Source: Chitinophagaceae bacterium
GTDB lineage: Bacteria; Bacteroidota; Bacteroidia; Chitinophagales; UBA10324
DNA length: 64,000 nucleotides
Direction: 5' to 3'
Assembly (NCBI GenBank): GCA_016717285.1
Contig: JADKFU010000004.1
Location: 267,490 to 331,489 of the forward strand
The notes beneath the pieces were generated by a model, which was not told where the DNA came from, made no database searches, and worked only from the letters and a program-made list of their open reading frames with translations. The translations under genes were made by a program, and so were the position numbers. Position 1 is the stretch's first letter; every line of letters starts with the position of its first letter. Shown here in pieces: positions 9,726-17,721 of the stretch.

Positions 9726-11036
9726 TCAAACCGGTTCTCCGTACAAATCAAATTCTTCGGCATGTGTGATTTCAATATTGGCAAAATCACCAACACGCAG
9801 ATAATGTTTAGCAGCATCAATCAACACTTCATTATCTACTTCAGGAGAGTCAAATTCAGTTCTTCCTATAAAATAATTTCCTTCTTTCCGATCAATTAAA
9901 ACCTTAAATTTCTTACCGACTTTTTGCTGGTTGAGTTGAAAAGAAATTCCTTCCTGAACTTCCATGATACGGGCAGCACGCAATTGCTTTTCTTCTTCCG
10001 GAACATCATCTGTTAATTCGTATCCGGAAGTTCCTTCTTCATGCGAATAGGTGAATACGCCCACCCGTTCAAATTTTATTTTTTCAATAAATTCAATCAG
10101 TTCCGCTACATCCTTTTCCGTTTCGCCCGGAAAGCCCATCAACATAGTCGTCCGCAGTGCAATGCCCGGCACCTTTTCACGAATCGTTGCAATCAATTCA
10201 TAAATTTCCGGTTTTGAAATCTGTCTGCGCATTCTGCTGAGTACCGGATCGCTGATGTGCTGCAATGGAATGTCTAAATAGTTACAGATATTATCGCGTT
10301 CACGAATCACATCCAGCATTTCGATCGGAAATTTGCTGGGATAAGCATAATGCAAACGAATCCATTCCAAACCCTGAACATCCGCTAAAACATGCAGTAG
10401 TTCAGCCAGTCTGCGTTCTTTGTAAATATCCAATCCATAGTAAGTGAGTTCCTGGGCAATCAGAATAATTTCCTTCACACCGTTTCTCACCAAACCTTTT
10501 GCTTCCGCAACAATGTCTTCCATCGGTTTGGAAACATGCTGACCGCGCATCAATGGAATAGCGCAAAAGGAACAGGTGCGGTTGCAGCCCTCAGAAATTT
10601 TCAAATACGCATAATGTTGCGGATTGATCATCAGCCGCTCACCAATTAATTCATGTTTATAATCCGCTCCTAGCTTATGCAGCAATGCAGGCAATTCCAT
10701 GGTGCCGAAGTAAGCATCCACCTCCGGAATTTCCACTTCCAATTCGTTCTTATAGCGTTCGCTTAAACAACCGGTAACATATAATTTTTGAATGCCGCCT
10801 TCATTTTTAACATTCGCATATTCAAGAATGGTATTCACTGATTCCTCTTTTGCCCGATCAATAAATCCGCAAGTATTGATGATCACAATATCACTGTCAG
10901 CATTTTCCTTTTCATGTGTCACATCAAAAGCGTTCGCCCGCAATTGTCCCATCATCACTTCACTGTCCACCATGTTCTTTGAACAGCCAAGTGTGATTAC
11001 GTTGATGGTGGGCTTATGAATTGATTTCGTGCGCAT
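9726..11036 (-). CDS. rimO: Ribosomal protein S12 methylthiotransferase RimO (radical SAM MTTase)
   Basis: N-terminal INVITLGCSKNMVDSE, radical SAM CNRTCSFC, C-terminal TRAM domain. Conserved position next to ftsY. Confidence 0.9.
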   Translation of the reverse strand: MRTKSIHKPTINVITLGCSKNMVDSEVMMGQLRANAFDVTHEKENADSDIVIINTCGFIDRAKEESVNTILEYANVKNEGGIQKLYVTGCLSERYKNELEVEIPEVDAYFGTMELPALLHKLGADYKHELIGERLMINPQHYAYLKISEGCNRTCSFCAIPLMRGQHVSKPMEDIVAEAKGLVRNGVKEIILIAQELTYYGLDIYKERRLAELLHVLADVQGLEWIRLHYAYPSKFPIEMLDVIRERDNICNYLDIPLQHISDPVLSRMRRQISKPEIYELIATIREKVPGIALRTTMLMGFPGETEKDVAELIEFIEKIKFERVGVFTYSHEEGTSGYELTDDVPEEEKQLRAARIMEVQEGISFQLNQQKVGKKFKVLIDRKEGNYFIGRTEFDSPEVDNEVLIDAAKHYLRVGDFANIEITHAEEFDLYGEPV

Positions 11037-11045
11037 TTTTTTTCA

Positions 11046-11100
11046 GTTAATGATCAGCAACTGTAATGACTCAATGACCAATGACCAATGACCAATGACT
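11046..11100. repeat. CAATGAC heptamer array (4 perfect tandem copies at 11072-11099 plus degenerate copies)
   Basis: The sequence reads taatgatc...taatgactcaatgaccaatgaccaatgaccaatgac and fills the ftsY-rimO spacer. Confidence 0.9.
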
Positions 11101-11105
11101 TTTAC

Positions 11106-12062
11106 CTATTTCCCCTCAAACAAAGACTCCACAAACTCATTGCGATTGAAAACCTGGAGTTGATTTATTTTTTCTCCTACTCCAATATATTTAACCGGAA
11201 TTTTGAACTGATCGGCAATGCCAATTACTACGCCGCCTTTGGCTGTTCCATCTAATTTTGTGAGTGCAATGGCAGTAACTTCAGTTACCGCTGTAAATTG
11301 TTTCGCCTGTTCAATCGCATTTTGTCCGGTTGATGCATCCAGCACCAGCAGCACTTCATGTGGTGCATCAGGCATCACTTTCTGCATCACTCTTTTAATT
11401 TTGCCCAACTCATTCATCAGGTTCACCTTGTTGTGAAGCCTTCCTGCTGTATCAATAATAATCACATCCGAATTGCGGCTTACACCTGATTGCAATGTAT
11501 CGAAAGCAACGGCAGCAGGGTCGGCGCCGGTAGGTTGCTTTACAATAGGTACACCCGCTCTTTCGCTCCAGATGGTAAGCTGGTCAACAGCTGCAGCGCG
11601 GAAAGTATCGGCAGCACCCAACAAGACACTCTTCCCTTGCTGCTTGAATTGATGCGCGAGCTTTCCGATTGTAGTCGTTTTTCCAACACCATTCACGCCC
11701 ACTACCATAATTACATAAGGGTGAATATTGGAGGGAATTTCAAAATCGTTTGCCGGGGCACCCGTAGCTTCCGATAGAAGCTGTACCATCTCTTCTTTCA
11801 GAATCCGGTTGAGATCGGAAGTGTTTAAATATTTGTCACGTGCCACGCGTTCTTCCAACCGCTTAATAATTTTCACTGTTGTTTCAACGCCAACATCAGA
11901 AGCCACCAGTGCTTCTTCCACATCATCAAGCGCCTCATCGTCAACTGTTGCTTTTCCAGCTACCGCCTTGGCAATTTTGGTGAAAAAATTCTCCTTGGTT
12001 TTTTCCAACCCTTTGTCGAGGTCTTCCTTTTTTTCTTTGCTAAAGAATTTGAATAGGGCCAT
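11106..12062 (-). CDS. ftsY: Signal recognition particle receptor FtsY
   Basis: SRP GTPase motifs GVNGVGKTTTIGKLA, DTAGRL, TKLDGTAKGG. Confidence 0.95.
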   Translation of the reverse strand: MALFKFFSKEKKEDLDKGLEKTKENFFTKIAKAVAGKATVDDEALDDVEEALVASDVGVETTVKIIKRLEERVARDKYLNTSDLNRILKEEMVQLLSEATGAPANDFEIPSNIHPYVIMVVGVNGVGKTTTIGKLAHQFKQQGKSVLLGAADTFRAAAVDQLTIWSERAGVPIVKQPTGADPAAVAFDTLQSGVSRNSDVIIIDTAGRLHNKVNLMNELGKIKRVMQKVMPDAPHEVLLVLDASTGQNAIEQAKQFTAVTEVTAIALTKLDGTAKGGVVIGIADQFKIPVKYIGVGEKINQLQVFNRNEFVESLFEGK

Positions 12063-12081
12063 AGGAGTTATTTTTTGTTAA

Positions 12082-12130
12082 CGACATGATTGTCGCAGTA
12101 GTTGTTTAATCACGCGACATGTATGTCGCG
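12082..12130. repeat. Two related palindromes upstream of ftsY
   Basis: CGACA-TGAT-TGTCG (12082-12095) and CGCGACA-TGTA-TGTCGCG (12113-12130). Confidence 0.75.
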
Positions 12131-12142
12131 ATACGGGTTCAA

Positions 12143-12176
12143 ACAAAAAAAGCTCCTCCCAAATGAGAGAAGCTTT
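12143..12176 (-). terminator. Terminator after rpmB-rpmG-DUF4295, before ftsY
   Basis: Minus-strand AGCUUCUC-loop-GAGGAGCU (one G-U pair) followed by UUUUUUU. Confidence 0.65.
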
Positions 12177-12197
12177 CGGATTTCCTGATGGGAAGGA

Positions 12198-12386
12198 TTA
12201 TTGACCGTTAGCCAGAAATTCCTTCACCTTGTCCTTGTGTATCATTTTCTCTTTAAAAACATAAGCGCCGGATTTATCGGAGCGCTCAGAAACGATCACA
12301 CGAACAAACGCTTTGGAAGCAGCCGACTGTGCCGCATCTTTTACAACCTTCGCGTTCTTGGATACTTTACCTGCATCTTTTGCCAT
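12198..12386 (-). CDS. DUF4295 small protein (conserved downstream of rpmG in Bacteroidota)
   Basis: 62 aa, Lys-rich, MAKDAGKVSKNAKVVKD... Positioned between rpmG and ftsY and followed by a hairpin terminator. Confidence 0.7.
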   Translation of the reverse strand: MAKDAGKVSKNAKVVKDAAQSAASKAFVRVIVSERSDKSGAYVFKEKMIHKDKVKEFLANGQ

Positions 12387-12394
12387 AATTGTGC

Positions 12395-12577
12395 TTATTT
12401 AATTTCTTTATGAATGGTATATTTTTTCAGCGTCGGATTGTATTTTTTCAATTCGATCCGGTTGGGAGTGTTCTTCTTGTTCTTAGTTGTGATGTATCTG
12501 GAAGTACCCGGCATGCCAGTGGTTTTATGCTCTGTGCATTCCAGAATCACCTGCACCCTGCTTTCTTTCTTTGCCAT
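12395..12577 (-). CDS. rpmG: 50S ribosomal protein L33
   Basis: [21 protein letters not shown]...[22 protein letters not shown] is an L33 signature. Confidence 0.95.
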   Translation of the reverse strand: MAKKESRVQVILECTEHKTTGMPGTSRYITTKNKKNTPNRIELKKYNPTLKKYTIHKEIK

Positions 12578-12652
12578 TGTTTCTAATTACGCTTGAATCT
12601 TTGAAAATAATTGGTTCCTGCTGATAACCCTTTAAGGGCTTTGCCAGCACAT

Positions 12653-12889
12653 TTAAACGGTAACGCCTCTTTCCTTCATTTCCCGCAACACAGCCGAAAT
12701 CCCCTTCTTGTTAATCGTACGAATGGCTCCGGTAGAAATTTTGAGTTCTATCCAACGGTTTTCTTCAGGGATAAAGAATCGCTTTTTCTGCAGGTTCGGC
12801 ATAAAACGGCGGTTCGATTTGATGTTGGAATGCGACACTTTATGGCCGCTCATCGACTTCTTCCCGGTTACTTCACAAACTTTCGACAT
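12653..12889 (-). CDS. rpmB: 50S ribosomal protein L28
   Basis: [36 protein letters not shown]. Start trimmed from the 96-aa track ORF to the canonical MSKVCE. Confidence 0.95.
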   Translation of the reverse strand: MSKVCEVTGKKSMSGHKVSHSNIKSNRRFMPNLQKKRFFIPEENRWIELKISTGAIRTINKKGISAVLREMKERGVTV

Positions 12890-12954
12890 GTTGATAAATT
12901 TAAAAATGGACGGCAAAGATAGCACAAGTTTCCTTTTCTGCAAACGGAAGAATG

Positions 12955-13042
12955 AAGTTTGAAAGGTTTGAAGGTTTGAAGGGTTTGGGTGGTTTGAAAT
13001 GTTTATATGGTTTAGGTGTTTTGAAATGTTTGGGTTGGTTAG
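12955..13042. repeat. GGTTTGAA-type degenerate 8-9 bp tandem array
   Basis: gtttgaaaggtttgaaggtttgaagggtttgggtggtttgaaatgtttatatggtttaggtgttttgaaatgtttgggttgg. Confidence 0.9.
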
Positions 13043-13127
13043 CTCTTCAATGGGAAGTCCAGAGTCCTTGGTTCTGAGCCTGTCTTTAATCTTGTGGAAA
13101 ATCCTACCTTATAAGCCACAAATTAAT

Positions 13128-13270
13128 ATTCCTAATTCGTAGTCAATGCCAATGCCTAATGCCTAAATTCGCAACATGCCTAATGCTGCTATAATCCGAT
13201 AAAGGCCTAATTGCTTCATCTTATCGCCTAGCCTTTAATTCCTAATTCCTAATTCCTAATTCCTAATTCA
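13128..13270. repeat. CCTAAT(T/G) word arrays, including 4 perfect CCTAATT heptamers at 13241-13268
   Basis: ttcctaattcg...caatgccaatgcctaatgcctaa...atgcctaatgc...ggcctaattg...ttaattcctaattcctaattcctaattcctaattc. The array overlaps the MFS stop codon. Confidence 0.9.
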
Positions 13271-14531
13271 CCTGCTCCTGAAGTTTCCGCATATTAAGTT
13301 TTCGGATCGACGGTGAAATGTATGCCGTAAGAAATACAATCAGAATGGTCATTGATCCGCCAAAAATGACGGAAGGGACAAGTCCCATCAGTTTAGCGGC
13401 TACTCCTGATTCAAAGGCGCCAATCTCATTGGAAGAACCCACAAATACATTGTTTACGGCTGAAACCCTGCCTCTCATGTGATCCGGCGTCATCAGTTGC
13501 AGAATGGTTCCGCGAATAATGACGCTGACACTGTCAAAAGCACCGGTAAGAAACAGCAGCAACAGGGAGAGATAAAAGTTTGAGGAAAGCGCAAAGCAGA
13601 TGGTGGCGATTCCAAATCCTGCAATAGCCAGTAACAGATTCCTGCCGGCTTTACTCATAGATGGGCGGTGGGCCATGAAAAGTCCGGTAATCACAGAGCC
13701 AACAAACGGAGCTGCCCGCATGATGCCCAATCCTTCCGGACCCACTAAAAGAACGTCCGCAGCAAAAACCGGTAACATGGCCACTGCTCCGCCAAATAGA
13801 ACAGCAAAAAGATCAAGCGATAGCGTACTTAGCACGACAGGATTTTTAAAAACAAACCTGATTCCTGCTGTCAACCCCGCCATTAATGGTTCCTTTTTAT
13901 CACTAACAGGCAAAGGTCTTGAAGGAATCTGTAAAAATAAGGACGCATTCAAAACCAGGAAAAAACAAAGCATGCCATACGCCCAACTGATCCCTGCGAA
14001 ACCATAGACCAGACCTCCAATAGCCGGACCGGAGATAGCAGCAAATTGCCACGTATTTGAAATCCAGGTAACACCATTGGCAAATAAATTCCTTGGAACG
14101 ATCTGCGCAAAAAAAGCAGTGATGGCAGGTGCCAGAAAACCCCTGGCTATTCCTATCAGGAAAATGATTACATAAATGGGGAAGGTGTGGTACTTTTCGA
14201 GCAAATGGCTGAAAGGCAACGTGAAAAAAAACAAACTTCCGGAGCACAAAATCAGCAATAGCGAAAAAATGATGATTAGTTTTCTGCGTGCTATAATATC
14301 CGCAACATGACCGCCTAATAAGGAGGAAATAATATAAGGTAATGCCTCCGTCAATCCGATTAAGCCCAGTGAAAGTGGATCTTTAGTGTAGGAATAAACC
14401 TGCCAGCCGACAATTACAGCCTGCATCTGGAGTGCCATAGTAATAAACATGCGCGCCAATAGGTATAGCCGGAAATCTCTGACTTGTAACGAAGCATATG
14501 GTTGGTGGAGAGGAGTTGGTTCGTTGGACAT
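13263..14531 (-). CDS. MFS transporter
   Basis: About 12 TM helices. The loop GGHVADIIARRK is an MFS motif-A-like sequence. Start moved to MSNEPTPLHQ. The TAG stop lies inside the CCTAATT repeat array. Confidence 0.85.
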   Translation of the reverse strand: MSNEPTPLHQPYASLQVRDFRLYLLARMFITMALQMQAVIVGWQVYSYTKDPLSLGLIGLTEALPYIISSLLGGHVADIIARRKLIIIFSLLLILCSGSLFFFTLPFSHLLEKYHTFPIYVIIFLIGIARGFLAPAITAFFAQIVPRNLFANGVTWISNTWQFAAISGPAIGGLVYGFAGISWAYGMLCFFLVLNASLFLQIPSRPLPVSDKKEPLMAGLTAGIRFVFKNPVVLSTLSLDLFAVLFGGAVAMLPVFAADVLLVGPEGLGIMRAAPFVGSVITGLFMAHRPSMSKAGRNLLLAIAGFGIATICFALSSNFYLSLLLLFLTGAFDSVSVIIRGTILQLMTPDHMRGRVSAVNNVFVGSSNEIGAFESGVAAKLMGLVPSVIFGGSMTILIVFLTAYISPSIRKLNMRKLQEQVN

Positions 14532-14738
14532 ATTATCCCGTGAAGATAAGATGGAAGTTGGAGACCCGACTGAACCGGATACTAATAAGGTGAATGACAA
14601 TCACGCAAAGAATTTCTAAAAGTATTTTAACACTTAACAGCATTTAAAGACAGACCACAATGGTTTCTTTACTTTTAAAGACTAAACTATTGTTAAACCC
14701 TTAGAAGTTCCTATGATTAATCAATATAATTGTTACAT

Positions 14739-14792
14739 CGCTTACCCTTCGGCTGCGCTCAGGGTGCGCTTCTGGCAAAGCCGAACCAAAGA
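14739..14792. repeat. REP-like nested hairpin element
   Basis: cgcttacccttcggctgcgctcagggtgcgcttctggcaaagccgaacc. Outer stem TTCGGCT/AGCCGAA, inner ACCCT...AGGGT. Confidence 0.55.
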
Positions 14793-14989
14793 GCATTGTA
14801 AAAAAATTAATTGATTTCAAAACAGATTCTTAGAAAAAGAGTGACTCGCAAACGCGCTAAGCATGCCATAAAAACATCGAATGTTGCTTTCCGGTAATTT
14901 AGTATGAATCGGAAATTGTCGTTAAAGCCAATGAATCTCTATCAATCAATTAAGAAAGTGTAAATTATTCACGGTAGAAAGAGTTCCAA

Positions 14990-15025
14990 ATAAAAAGCCC
15001 TATCAGGATTTCTGAAAGGGCTTTC
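14990..15025 (-). terminator. Rho-independent terminator of the ferredoxin gene
   Basis: Minus-strand AAAGCCCU-loop-AGGGCUUU followed by UUAUUU, 18 nt after the stop. Confidence 0.7.
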
Positions 15026-15042
15026 GTTTATGTGTTCGTGGT

Positions 15043-15390
15043 TCAGACGTGCATCTTGGCTTTCTTTTCCAGCAATTGTTCTTTCGTTTCCACATGTTCC
15101 GGATCAGGTACGCAGCAATCTACCGGGCAAACGGCAGCGCATTGCGGTTCCTCATGAAATCCTTCACATTCTGTACACTTGTTTGGAACAATGTAATAAA
15201 TGTCGTCGGAAATAGGAGGAAAACGCTGATCAGCATCTACCGCTGTGCCATCAAGCAAAGTAACACTCCCTTTAACAGAGGTTCCATCAGCAACTGCCCA
15301 TTCAGCACCGCCTTCATAAATCGCATTATTCGGACATTCCGGTTCACAGGCGCCGCAGTTAATGCATTCTTCAGTAATTCGAATAGCCAT
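15043..15390 (-). CDS. 2x[4Fe-4S] ferredoxin
   Basis: [12 protein letters not shown] and [18 protein letters not shown] cluster motifs. TAATTTTG box 20 nt upstream and a hairpin terminator downstream. Confidence 0.9.
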   Translation of the reverse strand: MAIRITEECINCGACEPECPNNAIYEGGAEWAVADGTSVKGSVTLLDGTAVDADQRFPPISDDIYYIVPNKCTECEGFHEEPQCAAVCPVDCCVPDPEHVETKEQLLEKKAKMHV

Positions 15391-15410
15391 AGTTCTTAGT
15401 TTTGCGTCGT

Positions 15411-15439
15411 CAAAATTATAAAAGAAACCAGCTTTTCAA
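15411..15439 (-). promoter_or_regulatory. Candidate promoter TTG-N18-TAATTTTG for the ferredoxin gene
   Basis: Minus strand has TTG (15439-15437), 18 nt, then TAATTTTG (15418-15411). The ATG lies 20 nt downstream. Confidence 0.45.
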
Positions 15440-15514
15440 GCAGGTTCACCGTTTAAAATATTTCAACCGTTAATTGTTGTTGCAGCAAAGTACTATCAAA
15501 ACTGTTGCTGAACA

Positions 15515-16528
15515 ATGAAAATACATCGTATGAACTTAGAAAAAAGAATTACGTCCATCAGTCAGCTTGCAAAAGCATTGAACACAGGAGCACAGGAAGT
15601 AAAAGACATTGCCGAAACCGCTTTTCTGCACAACAAATGGTTTACACGCGACAACACTTTTCGAATGATGGAAAATATCCGCGATCAGTTTTTGCCGGGT
15701 GAAAAACTGGAGGCATGGCTTTCAAAATATTCCCTGAAAGAACCGCATCCACAAAAAACAGTGGGATTAATTATGGCGGGAAATATTCCGCTCGTTGGTT
15801 TCCATGATTTACTTTGTGTATTGCTTTCCGGTAACAAAGCACTTATTAAACTATCTTCAAAAGACAACATCCTTTTGCCTTGGCTCCTCGAAAAATTATT
15901 TGAAACGGATGAACAATGGCGTTCACAAATCACCATCGCTGAATTACTCAATGGCATGGAAGCGGCGATTGCCACGGGCTCCAACAATTCCTCGCGGTAC
16001 TTCCATTATTACTTTTCAAAATTTCCGCACATCATACGCAAAAACCGCGGATCGGTGGCGGTGCTTACAGGCAATGAATCAAAAGAAGCATTGCAACTTT
16101 TAGGGAATGATATTTTTTCTTACTTCGGTCTTGGATGCAGAAATGTTTCAAAACTGATGGTGCCGGAGCAATATACTTTTGACTTTTTCTTTGAAGCAAT
16201 AGAGCCGTTCCGCAAAGTGATTGAACACAACAAATACAAAAACAACTTCGATTACAATCTGACTTTGCTTATGATGAATAAAGAACCGCACTTCAACAAC
16301 GACTTTTTAATGTTGCGGGAAGATGAACGCATTGTATCACCTGTTGCGATGTTGCATTATGAACGATATAAAAACGAGGACTCTCTGCGGGAAAAACTTG
16401 CAGGAAAACAAGAAGAGATTCAATGTATTGCAGGAGAGAAATTTATTCCCTTGGGAAAAACGCAATGGCCGGAGTTATGGGAGTATGCAGATCATGTTGA
16501 TACCCTTCAATTCCTGAATAATCTCTGA
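15515..16528 (+). CDS. LuxC-like acyl-CoA reductase family protein
   Basis: 337 aa. VGLIMAGNIPLVGFHDLLCVLLSGNKALIKLSSKD matches the Bacteroidota acyl-CoA reductase family usually found beside this ferredoxin. Alternative start at MNLEKR (15530). Confidence 0.65.
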   Translation: MKIHRMNLEKRITSISQLAKALNTGAQEVKDIAETAFLHNKWFTRDNTFRMMENIRDQFLPGEKLEAWLSKYSLKEPHPQKTVGLIMAGNIPLVGFHDLLCVLLSGNKALIKLSSKDNILLPWLLEKLFETDEQWRSQITIAELLNGMEAAIATGSNNSSRYFHYYFSKFPHIIRKNRGSVAVLTGNESKEALQLLGNDIFSYFGLGCRNVSKLMVPEQYTFDFFFEAIEPFRKVIEHNKYKNNFDYNLTLLMMNKEPHFNNDFLMLREDERIVSPVAMLHYERYKNEDSLREKLAGKQEEIQCIAGEKFIPLGKTQWPELWEYADHVDTLQFLNNL

Positions 16529-16545
16529 ACAGTTTTCTGTTTCAA

Positions 16546-17688
16546 TTAAACAGTAACCGGCTCGCCCACTAGTTCTTTCAGCTTTGCGATCACGAAGTCC
16601 ACTTCGTCCTTCGTATTGTTTTTAGAAAACGAAAAACGGATAGCGACTCTATTCGAATCAGCATGAATGGCTTCAAGCACATGCGAATTTTCGTTACTGC
16701 CTGAACTGCATGCACTTCCACTCGAAGCACAGATACCAGCCATATCCAGGTTGAACAACAGCAATTGTGATTTATTATTCATGGGAAAAGACACGTTCAA
16801 TACCGTATACAAACAATTTCCATCCACATCACCATTAAAAACCACATCCGGTAAATTGCTCTTCAAAGATTCCTTCATATAGCTGCGCACTTCCGTAATC
16901 TGTTCCCGGGTTTCTTCAAAGTGCTCATAACCGGTTTCCAGTGCTTTTGCAAGGCCTACAATGCCATAAACATTTTCTGTTCCGGCACGCATATTTCTTT
17001 CCTGTGCCCCGCCAAAAATCAGTGGTGGAATTTTTATCGAATGATGTATGTATAAAAATCCTGTTCCTTTTGGACCGTGAAATTTATGAGCGGCACCTGA
17101 AATAAAATCCACGGGTGTCTTTTCCAGGTCAAAAGGAAAATGAGCAACAGTCTGTACTGTATCACAATGAAATAAGGCATTGTATTTTTTACAAATTGTT
17201 CCCACTTCGTTAATGTCCATCATGGTTCCGATCTCGTTGTTGGCATGCATGAGTGTTACGAGACATCTCTCACCGATTTCGGCAAGCAACTGTTCAAGAT
17301 GCACAAGGTCAAAACGTCCTTTTTCATCCACTTTTACATAATGCAAATTGACCAGTCCTTTTTTTTCCAACGCTTCCGTAGTGTGCATCACACAATGGTG
17401 TTCAATAGGAGAAGTGATGATGTGCTTAATTTGATAAGCCTGTACACCACAGCGTATGGCCATGTTATTTGATTCCGTTCCTCCGGAAGTAAAAAAGATT
17501 TCTGAAGGTGTTGCATGAAGGCATTTCGCTACCGTCTTGCGCGCTCTTTCAATTGCAGCGCGTGTTTCACGTCCGAAAAAATGAATGGCAGAAGGATTTC
17601 CGAAATGCGATTCCATAAATGGTATCATTGCATCAATCACTTCACGGTCCATCTGAGTAGTGGCAGCATTGTCGAAGTAAATTCTCAT
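16546..17688 (-). CDS. Cysteine desulfurase (NifS/IscS class V aminotransferase)
   Basis: MRIYFDNAATTQMD, PLP-lysine context SGAAHKFHGPKG, catalytic loop SSGSACSSG. Confidence 0.9.
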   Translation of the reverse strand: MRIYFDNAATTQMDREVIDAMIPFMESHFGNPSAIHFFGRETRAAIERARKTVAKCLHATPSEIFFTSGGTESNNMAIRCGVQAYQIKHIITSPIEHHCVMHTTEALEKKGLVNLHYVKVDEKGRFDLVHLEQLLAEIGERCLVTLMHANNEIGTMMDINEVGTICKKYNALFHCDTVQTVAHFPFDLEKTPVDFISGAAHKFHGPKGTGFLYIHHSIKIPPLIFGGAQERNMRAGTENVYGIVGLAKALETGYEHFEETREQITEVRSYMKESLKSNLPDVVFNGDVDGNCLYTVLNVSFPMNNKSQLLLFNLDMAGICASSGSACSSGSNENSHVLEAIHADSNRVAIRFSFSKNNTKDEVDFVIAKLKELVGEPVTV

Positions 17689-17721
17689 AGAAATGGTGGC
17701 TGTTATTGAATTACTAAGTTA

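Noticed and set aside
11046-13270. I considered whether the short tandem arrays could be CRISPR arrays.
   Set aside because: The period is only 7-9 bp with no unique spacers, and no cas genes are present.
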